Below, one piece after another: positions 29,750-42,327 of a stretch of 64,000 bases of DNA. Each line of letters opens with the position of its first letter. Position 1 is the stretch's first letter. The stretch comes from Camelus dromedarius (Eukaryota), in assembly GCF_036321535.1 (NCBI RefSeq), contig NC_087436.1, positions 83,826,001 to 83,890,000 on the forward strand. Reading direction: 5' to 3'. The position numbers and the translations under genes are program-made. The notes beneath the pieces are model-generated. The model was not told the DNA's origin. It worked only from the letters and a program-made list of their open reading frames with translations, and did no database searches.

Positions 29750-30810
29750 CCTCAAAAATCATTTGGGTAATCAGATTTACCAGATATCAGAAAGTCCTAT
29801 CAAGCTACTGTAATCAAATCAGTAAGTACTGAAATAGGCCTAAACAGATATGTGGAATAGAATATCTAGAAACAGATCCAGATATAAATGAGGATTTACT
29901 ATATGACAAAAGAGGCATTTCAGTGTAGTGGCAAAAGGATGAATTCTTTAATATAAGGGGTTGGCAAACTATCTATTCATCCAGAAGAAAAGAAAACTAG
30001 ATCTTTATCTTACACCAATTTGAAAAATCAAATTCAGATGGATTTAGAGAGATTAAAGGTTAAACTGTAAAACAAATAATTAAGTTAAAAATCCTGTTAA
30101 GAAAATCTAGGATCATAAATATAATCTAGGAGCAGAGTGGGTAAGGTTTTTTTGGGGGCAAAGCAGAAAATACAAAAACTATAAGAGAAAAAACATCAAC
30201 ATAGATGACTAGAAAAATTACAAAACTTTTGCATGGCAAAAGATAATATGAACAAATACAAATGACTGGAAAAAATGTTTGCATCCCTATAGGACATAAC
30301 TGTAACACAGCAGAAGCTCTTAAAAATTTACAAGGAGACAAAATAATCCATTGGAAAAATGGATAAAGAATATGAAAGCATAGTTTGCAAAAGAGGAAAT
30401 CCAACAGCCAACAACCTTATGAAAAGATGATCAAATTCATTTGTAGTCAAAGAAATGCAAATAAAGTAACAATGAGATTTTACTCTATACCAATAGCACT
30501 TGCAAAAACTTTAAAAAAAAAAGTTATAACACCATGGTCTGGGGAAACCTAGTGAAAGGAAGTATTTTTAATTCTATGTGCAAATGTGTATAGTTGTAGC
30601 TTTCTTAGGGAAGTAGGTTAGCTTCTAAAACTAAAAATACATATGTCCTTGACCCAGTGATCTTATCAATAGAAATAAAATAGCAGCATATGTAGATACA
30701 TGTTTATTGAAGTACTATTTGGAGACTTAAAACAAACTGCTCTATAAATAGGGGAATGGCAGAATAAATCATGATATAGCTCCCCTGTGAAGCATTATGC
30801 AACAATTAAA
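29750..30810 (+). mobile_element. Highly degraded ancient L1 ORF2 3' region (L1ME-like)
   Basis: A-rich L1-like text, e.g. gtggaatagaat...ctagaaacagatcca...tatgacaaaagaggcatttca and agaaatgcaaataaagtaacaatgagat. Confidence 0.6.
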
Positions 30811-30811
30811 A

Positions 30812-31580
30812 TAATTAAAACCACAGTGAGATATTGCCTCATACCTGTCAGAATGGCTATCACCAAGAAGAACACAAATAGCAAATGTTGGTGAGGATGT
30901 GGAGAAAAGGGACACCTCATACACTGTTGGTACAAATGTAAATTGGTGCAGCCACTATGGAAAACAGTATGGAGGTTCCTCAAAAAACTAAAAATAGATT
31001 TACCAAATGATCCAGCAATTCTCCTACTGGGTAGGTATCTGCAAAAACAAAACCACTAATTCAAAAAAGATACACACACCCCAGTGTTCATAGCAGCATT
31101 ATTTACAACTGCCAAGATATGGAAGCAACCTAAGTGTTCATCGAAAGATGAATGCATAAAGATGTGGTATATCTATACAATGGAATACTACTCAGCATAA
31201 AAAAGAACGGAATTTTTCCATACACAGCAACATGGATGGGCTTGGAGGGCATTATGCTAAGTGAAGTAAGTCAGACAGAGAAAGACAAATACTATGTATC
31301 ACTTACACGTGGAATCTAAAAAATATAACAAACTAGTGATATAACAAAAAAGGGGCAGATTCAGATATAGAGAACAAACTAGTGGTTGGTTACCAGTGGG
31401 GAGTGAGGGAGGGGCCATATAGGGGTGGGGGAGTGGGAGGTACAAACACTGGGTGTGAGACAGGCTTCAAGGACATATTGTATAACATGGGGAATGTAGC
31501 CAATATTTTGTACTAACTGTAAATGGAACATAACCTTGAAAAATTGTATTAAAAAATTAAAAACAAAACAAAGTAAAAAC
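30812..31580 (+). mobile_element. Mid-age L1 3' end nested in the older L1
   Basis: ORF2 C-terminal text (ccacagtgagatattgcctcatacctgtcagaatggctatc...ggaagcaacctaagtg), then a 3' UTR with a G-rich block and an A-rich tail. Confidence 0.85.
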
Positions 31581-34198
31581 CCAATTAAGTAGGCTAGAAC
31601 TTTTCACTTGGGAGAAATTTCCCCAAGGTATTGCTGGGAGAATAAATCAAGGAACAGAAAAGAATATATATGTTTTTATTTTTGTAAAACAATGATCTAA
31701 AACACTACATATGTGTTATGTGTGTGCGTGTGTAAAGATATGCTTGTGTGTGAGTATATAAATTCTAAAAATATATATAATGACACATAGCAGGTGGTAA
31801 ATGGAGGGAGTGTAAGGACTCGGAACTATGGAAAAAGAGATAGAAGTTTCCAAAGGTATGAAAATTTTGAATTTTAAAAACTATATCTGAATTTTTTAAA
31901 GTATATATGAAAATTTACTTATATGTGTTTATACATAAACATTTTTTAGACAGGATAACCAGACTTTATGTGATATGGATCAAACAATGATTCAGAAATT
32001 AGTAGATGACTATTTTAATTTCACCTCTATTGCTCATAGACTCTCTGACCTTATGCTAATCATTTAATCTTTCTGCACCCCACATTAACTTACTGGCAAA
32101 ATAAATTATATGATTTCTAAGGACCATTCCAGCTCCAAAATTCAAAGATCCTATTTCTTTGCATGTGATGGATAATAAGTCAAACAGCACCATCTTAACT
32201 CTGGCTTAAGGGTCAAAATTGTAGACAAAGGCAAATGTGGTTGGGCCAAGATTTTGAAAGAAAGAATTTGATATTTTGGTTCAATGTTATTTGGTTGATC
32301 TATATCATAAGAAATCTAACAATAAATCCAACTTATCTTCTTCCCTGAACCAGCTCTTCCTTCTAACTTCATTATTCATATTAATGGGTTAAATTTTTTC
32401 CCATCCTGGGTTTTGACTGCTTTTTGTTCATACAAATCATTCCCCAGGTTTATGTTCCATTTCTTCTTTTCTGGAGTCTTCTGTTGCAATCATTTGTTGT
32501 GCCCAAGCCCATCTTTCCTCTCCCTCTTTTGCCTCTGTCTCTATAATACCTTTAGTGCCACCCTCTGCCCTCCTCACCCTCAAAAAGCCTACCCATTCTT
32601 CAAAGCCCCACTTAAACCCCGTATCCTTCCTGAAGGCCTTCTAAGGCCTTTCAGGTCATAAAGTCTCTCTCTCTCTTTAAAATCCTACAGCTATGGTCCT
32701 CTGTGTCCCTTGAATTGTGCTTTTTATGTACGGTTGCTACTTGTGTTAATGCCTGATTTCTCCAAAAGTACTTCAGCCCCAGGAGGGAAGGGGACAAGCT
32801 TATTGATTCTTTTTTGTTCACTCTGCAGGACACAGTGCAGGGTCTTGTGCATAAAAAGGTGTTAATTGATCCCATTTCCCTCCAAAAATGGCCATTATTA
32901 AGCCCTGCCAAACTTCAAAATAATACAAAATTTCAACCTATGACATGAAATATTATTGAAAACACAATTTAAAAGAGTGCTATTTTTGGAAGTAAGTAAA
33001 TGATTGTATCTCATTTATGAGACTTTATGTATCTGTAATCCAGATTTAGACCATTGAAAACAAGCACATTGGACATCTGCTACAAAAAAGGTGGAAGGTC
33101 TCATAAATTCAGGAGTAAAGAACATCTCTGTGTTATATGGCTGGAGCCAAGAAATCTGGCTTTCTAGAAAGGACTGTAAAACATGAACAACTCAAAGTTC
33201 AGCAACCGAAAGTTGAAAGACTTAGAAAAGCTGAGGGACTTCATAAAACTCTCAGAAGTCAGAATTTATCTCCATTTCCCACAGAGAGCTGATGGTACTA
33301 GTTCACCTTTGAAAGGATGTTTTCTTTTGTTTGCTTTGTTAACAGAGGATAAATTATCCATCAATTCAAGAATCAAGAAGAAAAGCCCTGATTGCTTGGA
33401 TACGCTTGTAATTCAAAATCTCTTGATTCATGGGTAGACAGAAAATCAACACTACTCTGAAAAGATCTGCTATTGTAATTGTCACAGCATTTCCACGAGC
33501 CCAGGAGAGACTGCCTAAGCTCAGAAACAACCCTCCTCCCCGATTACCCCTACTCTTCTCCAACCAAATAATGGAAATCCATAGTCTCTAATAGGTTAGA
33601 CAAATAGGTCATTTAAAAAATGTAATTACTTGATGGTTTAGAGTGAGGAGTAAAAATCTTTAAAATCAACAGGAGTCCATTGTGGTAAGATTTAATAACC
33701 TCTGAAAGTGAGGTTGCAAACAAGTGGTCCACAGACTGAATGAATTCCTTCTGCAGGTGTGTGTGTGTGTCCTGTGTGGTTTTTCCCTTCTCTGCTCTCC
33801 TTTCCCTTTCTCTTTCCCCCTCTCTTCTTCTCTTTCCCCTCTTCCCTCTCTTTTCTTTCCTTGTCCTTTGAATTAAAAAGATCTTTCGTAAAAATCCAGA
33901 TTTCTCTTGCTTCTCTTAAAAAAAAAAAAAAAAACACCTCAGAAAGTATCCATTTCCAGATGGCAACATTACATGGTGCTGATAAGGGCCATCCCTCTAG
34001 AAGGCAGGGACACTCCAGAACCCAGAACCCCCAGCCCTCACTTACCCTCCTTGTTTACCTTACTCACTTGGGTTCCTATGGGCAGCTAAGTTTGAGAGCT
34101 TTATTCTAAGAGTGCTGACACAGTAGACTTCTCAACCTAACTTTTAGTTTGCTGAGGGCAGTTCAGCACTGTGTTTAAGAACATGGACCCTGGGGCAA

Positions 34199-35822
34199 CC
34201 CAGGACATATTTCACGGAACTAGAGCAAATCATAATAAAATTTATATGGAACCATCAAAGACCTAGAATTGCCAAAGCATTACTGAAGAGAAAGAAAGAG
34301 GCTGGACGAATAACTCTCCCAGACTTCAGACAATACTATAGAGCTACAGTCATCAAGACAGCATGGTATTGGTACAAAAACAGACATATAGACTAATGGA
34401 ACAGAATAGAGAGCCCAGAAATGAACCCACAAACTTTTGGTCAACTCATCTTCGACAAAGGAGGCAAGAATATACAATGGAATAAAGACAGGCTCTTCAG
34501 CAAATGGTATTGGGAAAACTGGACAGCGGCATGTAAAACAATGAAGCTAGAACACTCCCTTACACCATACACAAAAATAAACTCAAAATGGATCAAAGAC
34601 TTAAACATAAGACAAGATACAATAAACCTCCTAGAGGAAAATATAGGCAAAACATTATCTGACATACATCTCATAAATTTTCTCCTAGAAGAAATAAGAG
34701 CAAGAATAAACAAATGGGACCTAGTGAAACTTACCAGCTTCTGCACAGCAAAGGAAACCATAAGTAAAACAAAAAGACAACTTACGGAATGGGAGAAAAT
34801 TTTTGCAAATAAAACTGACAAAGGCTTGATCTCCAGAATATATAAGCAGCTCATACGACTCAATAAGAAAAAAATAAACAACCCAATCCAAAAATGGACA
34901 GAAGACCTAAACAAGCAATGCTCCAAGGAAGACATACAAATGATCAATAGACACATGAAAAAATGCTCAATATCACTAAATATCAGAGAAATGCAAATCA
35001 AAACTACAATGAGGTATCACCTCACACCAGTCAGAATGGCCATCATTCAAAAATCCACAAATGACAAATGCCGGAGAGGCTGTGAAGAAAAGGGAACCCT
35101 CCTTCACTGCTGGTGGGAATGCAGTTTGGTGCAGCCACTGTGGAAAACAGTATGGAGATTCCTCAAAAGACTAGGAATACACTTACCATATGACCCAGGA
35201 ATCCCACTCCTGGGCATATATCCAGAAGGAACCCTACTCCAAAATGACACCTGCACCCTAATGTTCATAGCAGCATTATTTACAATATCCAAGACATGGA
35301 AAGAGCCTAAATGTCCATCAACAGATGACTGGATAAAGAAGCGGTGGTATATTTATACAATGGAATACTACTCAACCATAAAAACCGACAACATAACGCC
35401 ATTTGCAGCAACATGGATGCTCGTGGAGAATGTCATTCTAAGTGAAGTAAGCCAGAAAGAGAAAGAAAAATACCATATGAGATTGCTCATATGTGGAATC
35501 TAAAAAACAAACAAACAAACAAAGCATAAATACAAAACAGAAATAGACTCACAGACATAGAATACAAACTTGTGGTTGCCAAGGGGGCAGGGGGTGGGAA
35601 GAGATAGACTGGGATTTCAAAATTGTAGACTAGATAAACAAGATTATACTGTATAGCATGGGGAAATATATACAAGATCTTATGGTAGCTCACAGAGAAA
35701 AAAATGTGACAATGAATATATATATGGTCATGTATAACAGAAAAATTGTGCTGTACACTGGAATTTGACACAACATTGTAAAATGATTATAAATCAATAA
35801 AAAAATGTTAAAAAAAAAAAAA
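34199..35822 (+). mobile_element. Relatively young 5'-truncated L1 (ORF2 3' part, 3' UTR, poly-A) with 22-bp TSD, inserted into a MIR
   Basis: The 360-aa ORF 34421-35503 is the L1 ORF2 C-terminus ([19 protein letters not shown]). TSD aagaacatggaccctggggcaa at 34177-34198 and 35823-35844; TT|AAGA endonuclease-type site; the joined flanks read as a MIR (about 34165-36055). Confidence 0.95.
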
Positions 35823-36087
35823 AAGAACATGGACCCTGGGGCAAGAATCCCTGGATTAGAATATGAGTTTCACTACCTAGCTCTAGGTTTGTGTGCTTAG
35901 GCAAGTAAGTTAACCTCTCAAAGCCCCAGTTTAATACATAAATTGAGGATAATAGTAACAGTACACAGCCTCATTGGGATGCTGTGAGGAACAGACTTAG
36001 CATTTAGAACAAATAGTGCCTCGGCACCTGTTAAACACCATATAAGTGTTAGCCTCTTTAAAAGAACCTCAATTTTAAATTTTGATC

Positions 36088-36559
36088 TGTGTTGGAGAAA
36101 AAAATTATTCTGACACTTGTTAAAATGATAAGGAAGACTTTATTCAGGACTATTGCAATAGGTGTCAATCCTATGGCAGGAGGAGAGAGAGACCGAGCTC
36201 AGCCCCAAATTCAACAAGAACAAGTGGGATTTATAAGCAAGGAGTGGGTTTGTAGGGGGAGGGGTGGTCAGTGGATGCAGAATTATTAAGAAGAGATGGC
36301 ATGAATGGGGGAGTGTTGCTGAAGGTAGGTCAGGTGATCAGGTATTAACTGGGAGACGGTGAAGGATGAAGAATTTGATTGGAAACTGAGAATGATCAGA
36401 TACCATGGGTGGGAATATTCTCTCTACACTGGCTTAGTAGGATTCTTGCTAAAACTGGACTCTGCAAGGACAGACACGGAAGCCCAGGACTGAGGCCTAA
36501 TTAAGAAGTGGGCTCAGAAGAGCCCGATTAAAGTTTGGTCAAGGAAGGAGTCCTTATCA
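36088..36559 (-). mobile_element. Solo ERV1-class LTR (MER31-like)
   Basis: tgttggagaaaaaaattattctgacacttgttaaa...gaagactttattcaggac (AATAAA on the minus strand)...aaagtttggtcaaggaaggagtccttatca, with TG...CA termini. Confidence 0.65.
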
Positions 36560-36972
36560 TCTCATCAGCACCAGCAAATACGGGTTTTCTTATAAGACTC
36601 TCTGGAGCATTTTGACTTCTTTCTGAAGCGGGCATGAATCACACAGAAGCTAATGGCATCTCTAGGTGAGTCTGTCTTTAAGTCTGATGGGAACTGGACT
36701 CATGATAGCAGGTCCCCTTGGTGCTCTGCCCTTAAAATTGAACTAAGATTTAAAGCCTTGTTCCAGCCATACAGCAAATCTGCAGGGAAGACCTTACTGA
36801 CATTTTACAATGAAGGAAACTGAGGTCCAGAGACTAAGTAACTTACTCAAGGCTGAGTACATTGAATTCCTGTTGAACTGAATTGTAGTGAATGGGAATG
36901 CCTGGGCCCCTTCTATGCCGCTTCCTTTTATCTGTAACTCTGGAAAGAAAATGGAAAGAAAGAAAGAGAAAG

Positions 36973-37008
36973 TATCTATCTATCTATCGATCAATCTATC
37001 CATCTATC
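36973..37008. repeat. Degenerate (TATC)n tetranucleotide repeat
   Basis: tatctatctatctatcgatcaatctatccatctatc. Confidence 0.75.
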
Positions 37009-38194
37009 TTCAGAGGAGAGGGAAACTTCTTTTCGTAAATGGTTTGCAACTAAGCAGCAGCCTGGATGGTACTAACACCGACTACAATGACATTCACCAC
37101 TGGTCACTTTATGAAAAGCCTGGCTTGCTGAAAGCTGCCACTGCCACCACTCATTCTGAAAAGAGTGGGTTCCACTGCTCTGCCAAACACTGCCTATTTT
37201 CATAACAGACACCCACGCTTAATAAGACAAGCAGCAGGGAATCTCAGCCCTTTGTGGCTCCAAAGCTGCTCTGGTGGGAAGAGCATTAGACGGAAGAATG
37301 GAGAGACCTGGCAGTCTTGGACCAGGAAGGTGCCGATATCCTGCTGGTCACGGCGATCATTCTGTGGGCAGCAATGACCTCTGCCCACTTCAGAACGGCC
37401 GCACGGCTAGAACAAGGGCTCCAGGAGGCCATCAAATCTCTTTAGTGACATTAGGAAAATGTTATAGGGACCTTGGCGTCCCTGCCTCCACCCATCTGAC
37501 AGCAGCTTTCAGCCTTCAGAGGGAGATAAAAAGACCCTTAGAGGACCGGTAGGTGAGAGGTAAAGAGACTATTTCATCCTCACGCAAAGGATAAAGAAAA
37601 AAATGTCAGCTGGCATCTTATTCAATCCGATTTTATTTGCTCGCTTTAATCGGGAACCTTTGCCTAGATCATTTGGATTCTGAACCCTGCAGAGCCTGCC
37701 AGTGCACATTTTTAAGGAGCGGTGATTCAATCCCAGGAAACACCCACAGGCTAGGAAGAGCAGAGCCTTCTTTTCTTTAAAAAAAAATCATACCCTCGCA
37801 CTAACAGCTGCCTCAAATGCACTCTTCAAAGGTACCAGATGAAAAATTGGTTCTTCCCTTCGAACTGCGTCTAAAGCAAATCAGAAGGGCTGTGTTGCTT
37901 GGTGACACCAACCATGACAGGTGGACCTTCAGGTATAATGGCTCCTTTAATAAAGGCTCATGAGAAATGAGCGACATCTCTACCCTCTTCAGTTCGTCTT
38001 GTGTTCCACAGCGTTTTAGAAAAACATATGCATGGCTTGTTATCTCATTGAATTCCATGGTAAGCAGGGCGGGGCAAAAACTAAGAAGTATAAAAGGGCT
38101 TTAAGAAGCACGACGACCCCCAATATATCTTCCCTCTTTTGTCAAATACAGTTTGAACAGATGGCTTCTAAATTCACACCCGATTAGAATCCTA

Positions 38195-38420
38195 CAGTAC
38201 AGCAAGCACTTACGTATCGCTTTCGATATTCCAAACACTGTGTGAACTTATTTTTTGTGTGAGCTTATTTAACCCTCAGAACAACTCTAGGAGGTTGGTC
38301 CTACTCTGAGTTCCACTTTGCAGAGCTGGAAACTGAGGCAAGTTCATGCAAGCAGTAAGTGGGAGAGACCAGGTTTCAATCCAGACCATCTGGCTCAGAG
38401 TCCACGTTGTTAACTAACTT
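38195..38420 (-). mobile_element. MIR SINE
   Basis: atttaaccctcagaacaactctaggagg...ccactttgcagagctggaaactgaggca...ccatctggctcagag. Confidence 0.7.
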
Positions 38421-39085
38421 TACACAGGCGAGAGATGAGCATTTTTTCTGGAGGCAAACCCAACGACCTGGGCAAGAAGCATCATCAGACAATAAGAGAA
38501 ACAAGAGGAAACTCAGAAAACATAGTCTCGAAACCACTGTCCTAGTTCAAGCTAATAGAGGTAGACTAGGCAACACAGAAGTTCCTACTTTTCTTAACGA
38601 TTAATCCAACTTACCAGCTTCTGAGAAGCTGGTAAAAACTGCGGACTCTCTAGAAACACACAACGTACACACACACATGCCTGTCTGCAGATAATTTTAG
38701 GGGGGTCCTGTCTGGAAACCCTTCCAGGACTGCTCATTAATGTCCTCTTGTCTAAGGCATCGGAAAAATGTCACAAAATGGAATTTACCTACCTCAAAGA
38801 GTTGTTACAGAGTTTAAGTGAAATACCCTGCGTGGTTTGTGGAGGATAACAGATACACCACCATGAATTATTATTATTACTTTAAAAATATTATTTTGGC
38901 ATCATTTGCCTAAGAAGGCAAAAACTATGCAATCTATTTATAGAAAGTCTACCTTAAATGGTCCAACACTTGAAAAGTTGACTATATTTTCTCCCAAACC
39001 CCTGCCCAAAGACTATCATTTGAAGAGGAAAGTTTGATCCAACTTGAAAATAAACACAATAATGAGCTCTATTCTTTTTCGATAA

Positions 39086-40000
39086 TGTTGAAAGGGGGCA
39101 GGACCCTGTCCCCACACCCACCCTCAACCCCTACCTCTTGTTTATAGAAAAGCTGAAGTCTCCAGGCCTCCCTGAGTCCTAGAAGATCAGGTTAAAACAG
39201 GTGATTAGGACAAGCCTGCAGGCACTGGGGGATGGCAACGACTCTGACCACCTATCTCAACAATTAACTGAGATTATTCCTTCATTTCCCTTTAAAACTT
39301 TCATGGCTGAACAGAATCCTTGGAGGCCTTTTTTAGGGGGGATGCTAGGTCCACCAGACTGCTGGCATTCTGATTAAAAGCAACCATCGTTTTTGTTACC
39401 AAGGCTGTTGCCCCCAGAATCACACCTCTGCCTCTCCCTCAAATAGAAACCAATTATTTTTATCTGAGTCTCAGGAGGCAATTGCAGAGAAGAAATAAGA
39501 GCTGGTTAGAACCCAGTCCAAGATGGTGGAGGAGGTGACTTCCAGTGGACCCTGAGCCTCGTGATATGCTCACTGTAATGTATTAACATGCTAAGTGACA
39601 CACCCAACAGGGCCATGGCAGTTGACGACTACCAGGAGAACGACTGGGAAAGTCCATACAAGGACTGAAAGATTCCAACAAGGGCTGATTGGCTCCAGCA
39701 CAGTGATGAAGGACATGATGGCAGAAGCCTTCCGCAGAAGTCTACGCGGCCCGACCCGGGCCGGAGCTGTCCCTACAGCCCATCTTGGCTGACGGCTACC
39801 TGCTTGAGTGCCTCTTCCATGCTCAAGCGCTTTTCTTTCCTTCTCCTTGCTCCAGCACTTTCCTTCCCTTTCCTCTTTTGAGAAATAAAAGCAGTTTCTG
39901 CTCTGTCCCTCTGCCTCAGCTGTGAATTCTTCCCAGCCAGCAGGCAAGGAGCCACACTTTGGTGGGCCTCCCAATTTAGGGGTCTCACTATCGCCTAACA
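39086..40000 (+). mobile_element. Two abutting or nested ERV-type LTR segments (about 39086-39394 and 39394-40000)
   Basis: TGTT starts, poly(A) signals ATTAAA near 39374 and AATAAA near 39884, U5-like gaattcttcccagcc...caaggagccacac, and a ...cctaaca end. Confidence 0.55.
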
Positions 40001-41809
40001 AGGTGGGAAATGTGAACTTTTGGGTTCTGTCTCAGCAAAATCAAGACTCAGGTCTTAGTAACCTTCAAAAATTAACCCTTCAACAGCTCCACTTTCCTGC
40101 CTGTGGAGATAATTCATAGCTAAATATCAAACTGGCTGTTTAAAAAAATGCCTTAAAATGTATGTTTTTAAACTTGAACACTTCAAGGGAAAAGATGATT
40201 AAAATTTTTAAGTTTCGTTTTCTTTTTTTACCTTCCCTCATCAAGCTGTCTCTTACCATTTACTTGGTTTGCCTGATAGATGCTCAGATCTGAATGTTTT
40301 CCTCTTGCAACTTGGCTTTGAAGGACTTCAACTGCAAGTTTATTTTAATTGCAAAGAGAAGGCAACAGGGATCTCAGGGCTAAATGGTAGTTAAACAACC
40401 AGCTATTAGAAATCAACCTAGCAGTTCCGCATTTGCATTTTTTTGCATTTGCATTTTAAACTCCTGTTAGATAGGATCAAAGCTGCCCCACGTCCCAATT
40501 TTCTGCAAGATATATTTAGCGCCACTCAGCCTTACAAACAAGTTTTCTTGTCCTTGCCTAGTTCTCCCTGACCTTGCTGATCCAATGCCTCTCCCCATCC
40601 TCTCGCTGAGAACTTCCCCGACCCACACCAGGGGCCTCTCCTAAAACCCAGCCTCTGCTCCACCTGCTTCCTTTTGGCACAGTGCCTCCCCCATGTGTGT
40701 GGGTCTAAAGTGGGCGCTAAGCGGAGACCCATTAAAGCTGACTAGTGATTTCTGCTTTTAGCTCAGGTCAGACACTGGGAGGAGTCTCTCCTCTGGCCCT
40801 GACCCTGCGGCCTTCAATCCTGGTGAACCATGCGGAGGTGTCTGGTGGCAGCGTTTGCGGTGATGGACACAGATGTGAAAACGGGAGTGTGCACGGAGCT
40901 GGTCAGCCTGGCTCTGGACCCCTAGAGAACCCAGGCAGCGGGAGACCCGATTTAGCAAGGAGATCCATCTCTCAGGGCCCGGCACCTGGCCGTTCTGCTG
41001 TGCCTAAGGACCCCAGTGTCAGAGAGCATCTTTGAATAGTTTCTCTGCTGAGGTCAGAACGTGCTCTGGGTGTGCTCTGAGTGTGCTCTGAGTTGTAATT
41101 AAAGAAAAGAGAAAGGAAATCAAACAACCTGTCACTCTCCTGCTCTATAGTCTGTAAAGTGCTAAGTCAGGTCTCACGAGATCCTTAAAGTTTTAATGAT
41201 TTTTGCCCCTAAGGAGATTTCAATCCATTTGAGGAGACAAGACAGATTCAATCAGAAGCTATAAATGAGCAAGACAGTATATAATTCAGTGACAAACGCT
41301 GTGGTAATAAAGTACACTTTCTGTAAGTTTAAGTCAGGGGGATGGCCCATGTTTCTTGTCCAATTGACACTTCCTGGTACAGTTCTTCTGTAGGCTAGAA
41401 AAAAATACCTAAGTCAAAAGAAAACTGGACATTTGAAATTAAGAGAAAGGTGGAGCAAGTAAGAGTGGAAAAAAAAAAAGGTCTGTAATTAAAAATAATC
41501 CCTTAAGTCACACTGAGACAATCAGAAAGTACTCTTAACATCCACTCATTCATTTAATAAGCTGAGTGTCTTCTTTGCACCAGATATTCAGGATACAAAT
41601 AAAAATAAGGTACATTCATGTCTTTGAGGAGCTCACAGTTCCTATAAATCATTAATTTTAATATAATATAAATGTAAAAGAAACAAAAACCAAGAGTACC
41701 GTGGAACCATGGCGCACTCGTTATTTTACTTGGCTTTGACCTGAGATCACAGAGTCAAGGACCCGTGGCTTTGTAAGATGTATGTATTATGACTGAGAGG
41801 AGGTAGACA

Positions 41810-42042
41810 CAGGGTGGATTTTCTCCCCTCTGCACTGTGGACATTTTGGACCAGATAACTCTCTGTGGAGAGAGAAAGAGGGAGGGACCATCCTGTGCAC
41901 ATCAGGTTTTGCAGTATCTCAGACGTCTACCCACGACATTCCAGCAACACCTCTACCTCCCAGTGGTGATGATAAAAAAATGTCTCCAGGCATTGCCAAA
42001 TGTCTCTGGAAGGCAAAACTGTCCCCAGGTGAGAACCACTAA
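41810..42042. mobile_element. MER20-like hAT DNA transposon
   Basis: gcactgtggacattttggaccagataactct...aaaatgtctccaggcattgccaaatgtc...gtgagaaccact. Confidence 0.75.
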
Positions 42043-42327
42043 TCTGGGAGATGAACATATTCACCTTGAATAGAAAGAAACGTCTTTAGAACGACTACCT
42101 GTGACTTGATGTGAGAGACTCTGAACTTACTCCAGCTATATACGATAGTGCTTCAATACAATGGTATATTAACAGCCAAATCTAGTAATAATGAAACTCT
42201 TCATGTATTGATACGGAAGAGTCTCCAAAATATACTGGTAAGTAAAATGACAAAAAAAAAAGCAAGCAAAACACATTGATAGTTTAAAAAAACCCCAAGA
42301 TCTAGAGCAGTATGTTTACTATGCTAC

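Noticed and set aside
34421..35503. 360-aa ORF, and the 160-aa ORF at 57607-58089, as host genes
   Set aside because: Both are C-terminal fragments of L1 ORF2 within 5'-truncated insertions that lack promoter, endonuclease and RT.
41061..41093. Three tandem copies of an 11-mer (gtgctctg(a/g)gt)
   Set aside because: Local slippage repeat with no spacers; not CRISPR-like, and there is no evidence of function.
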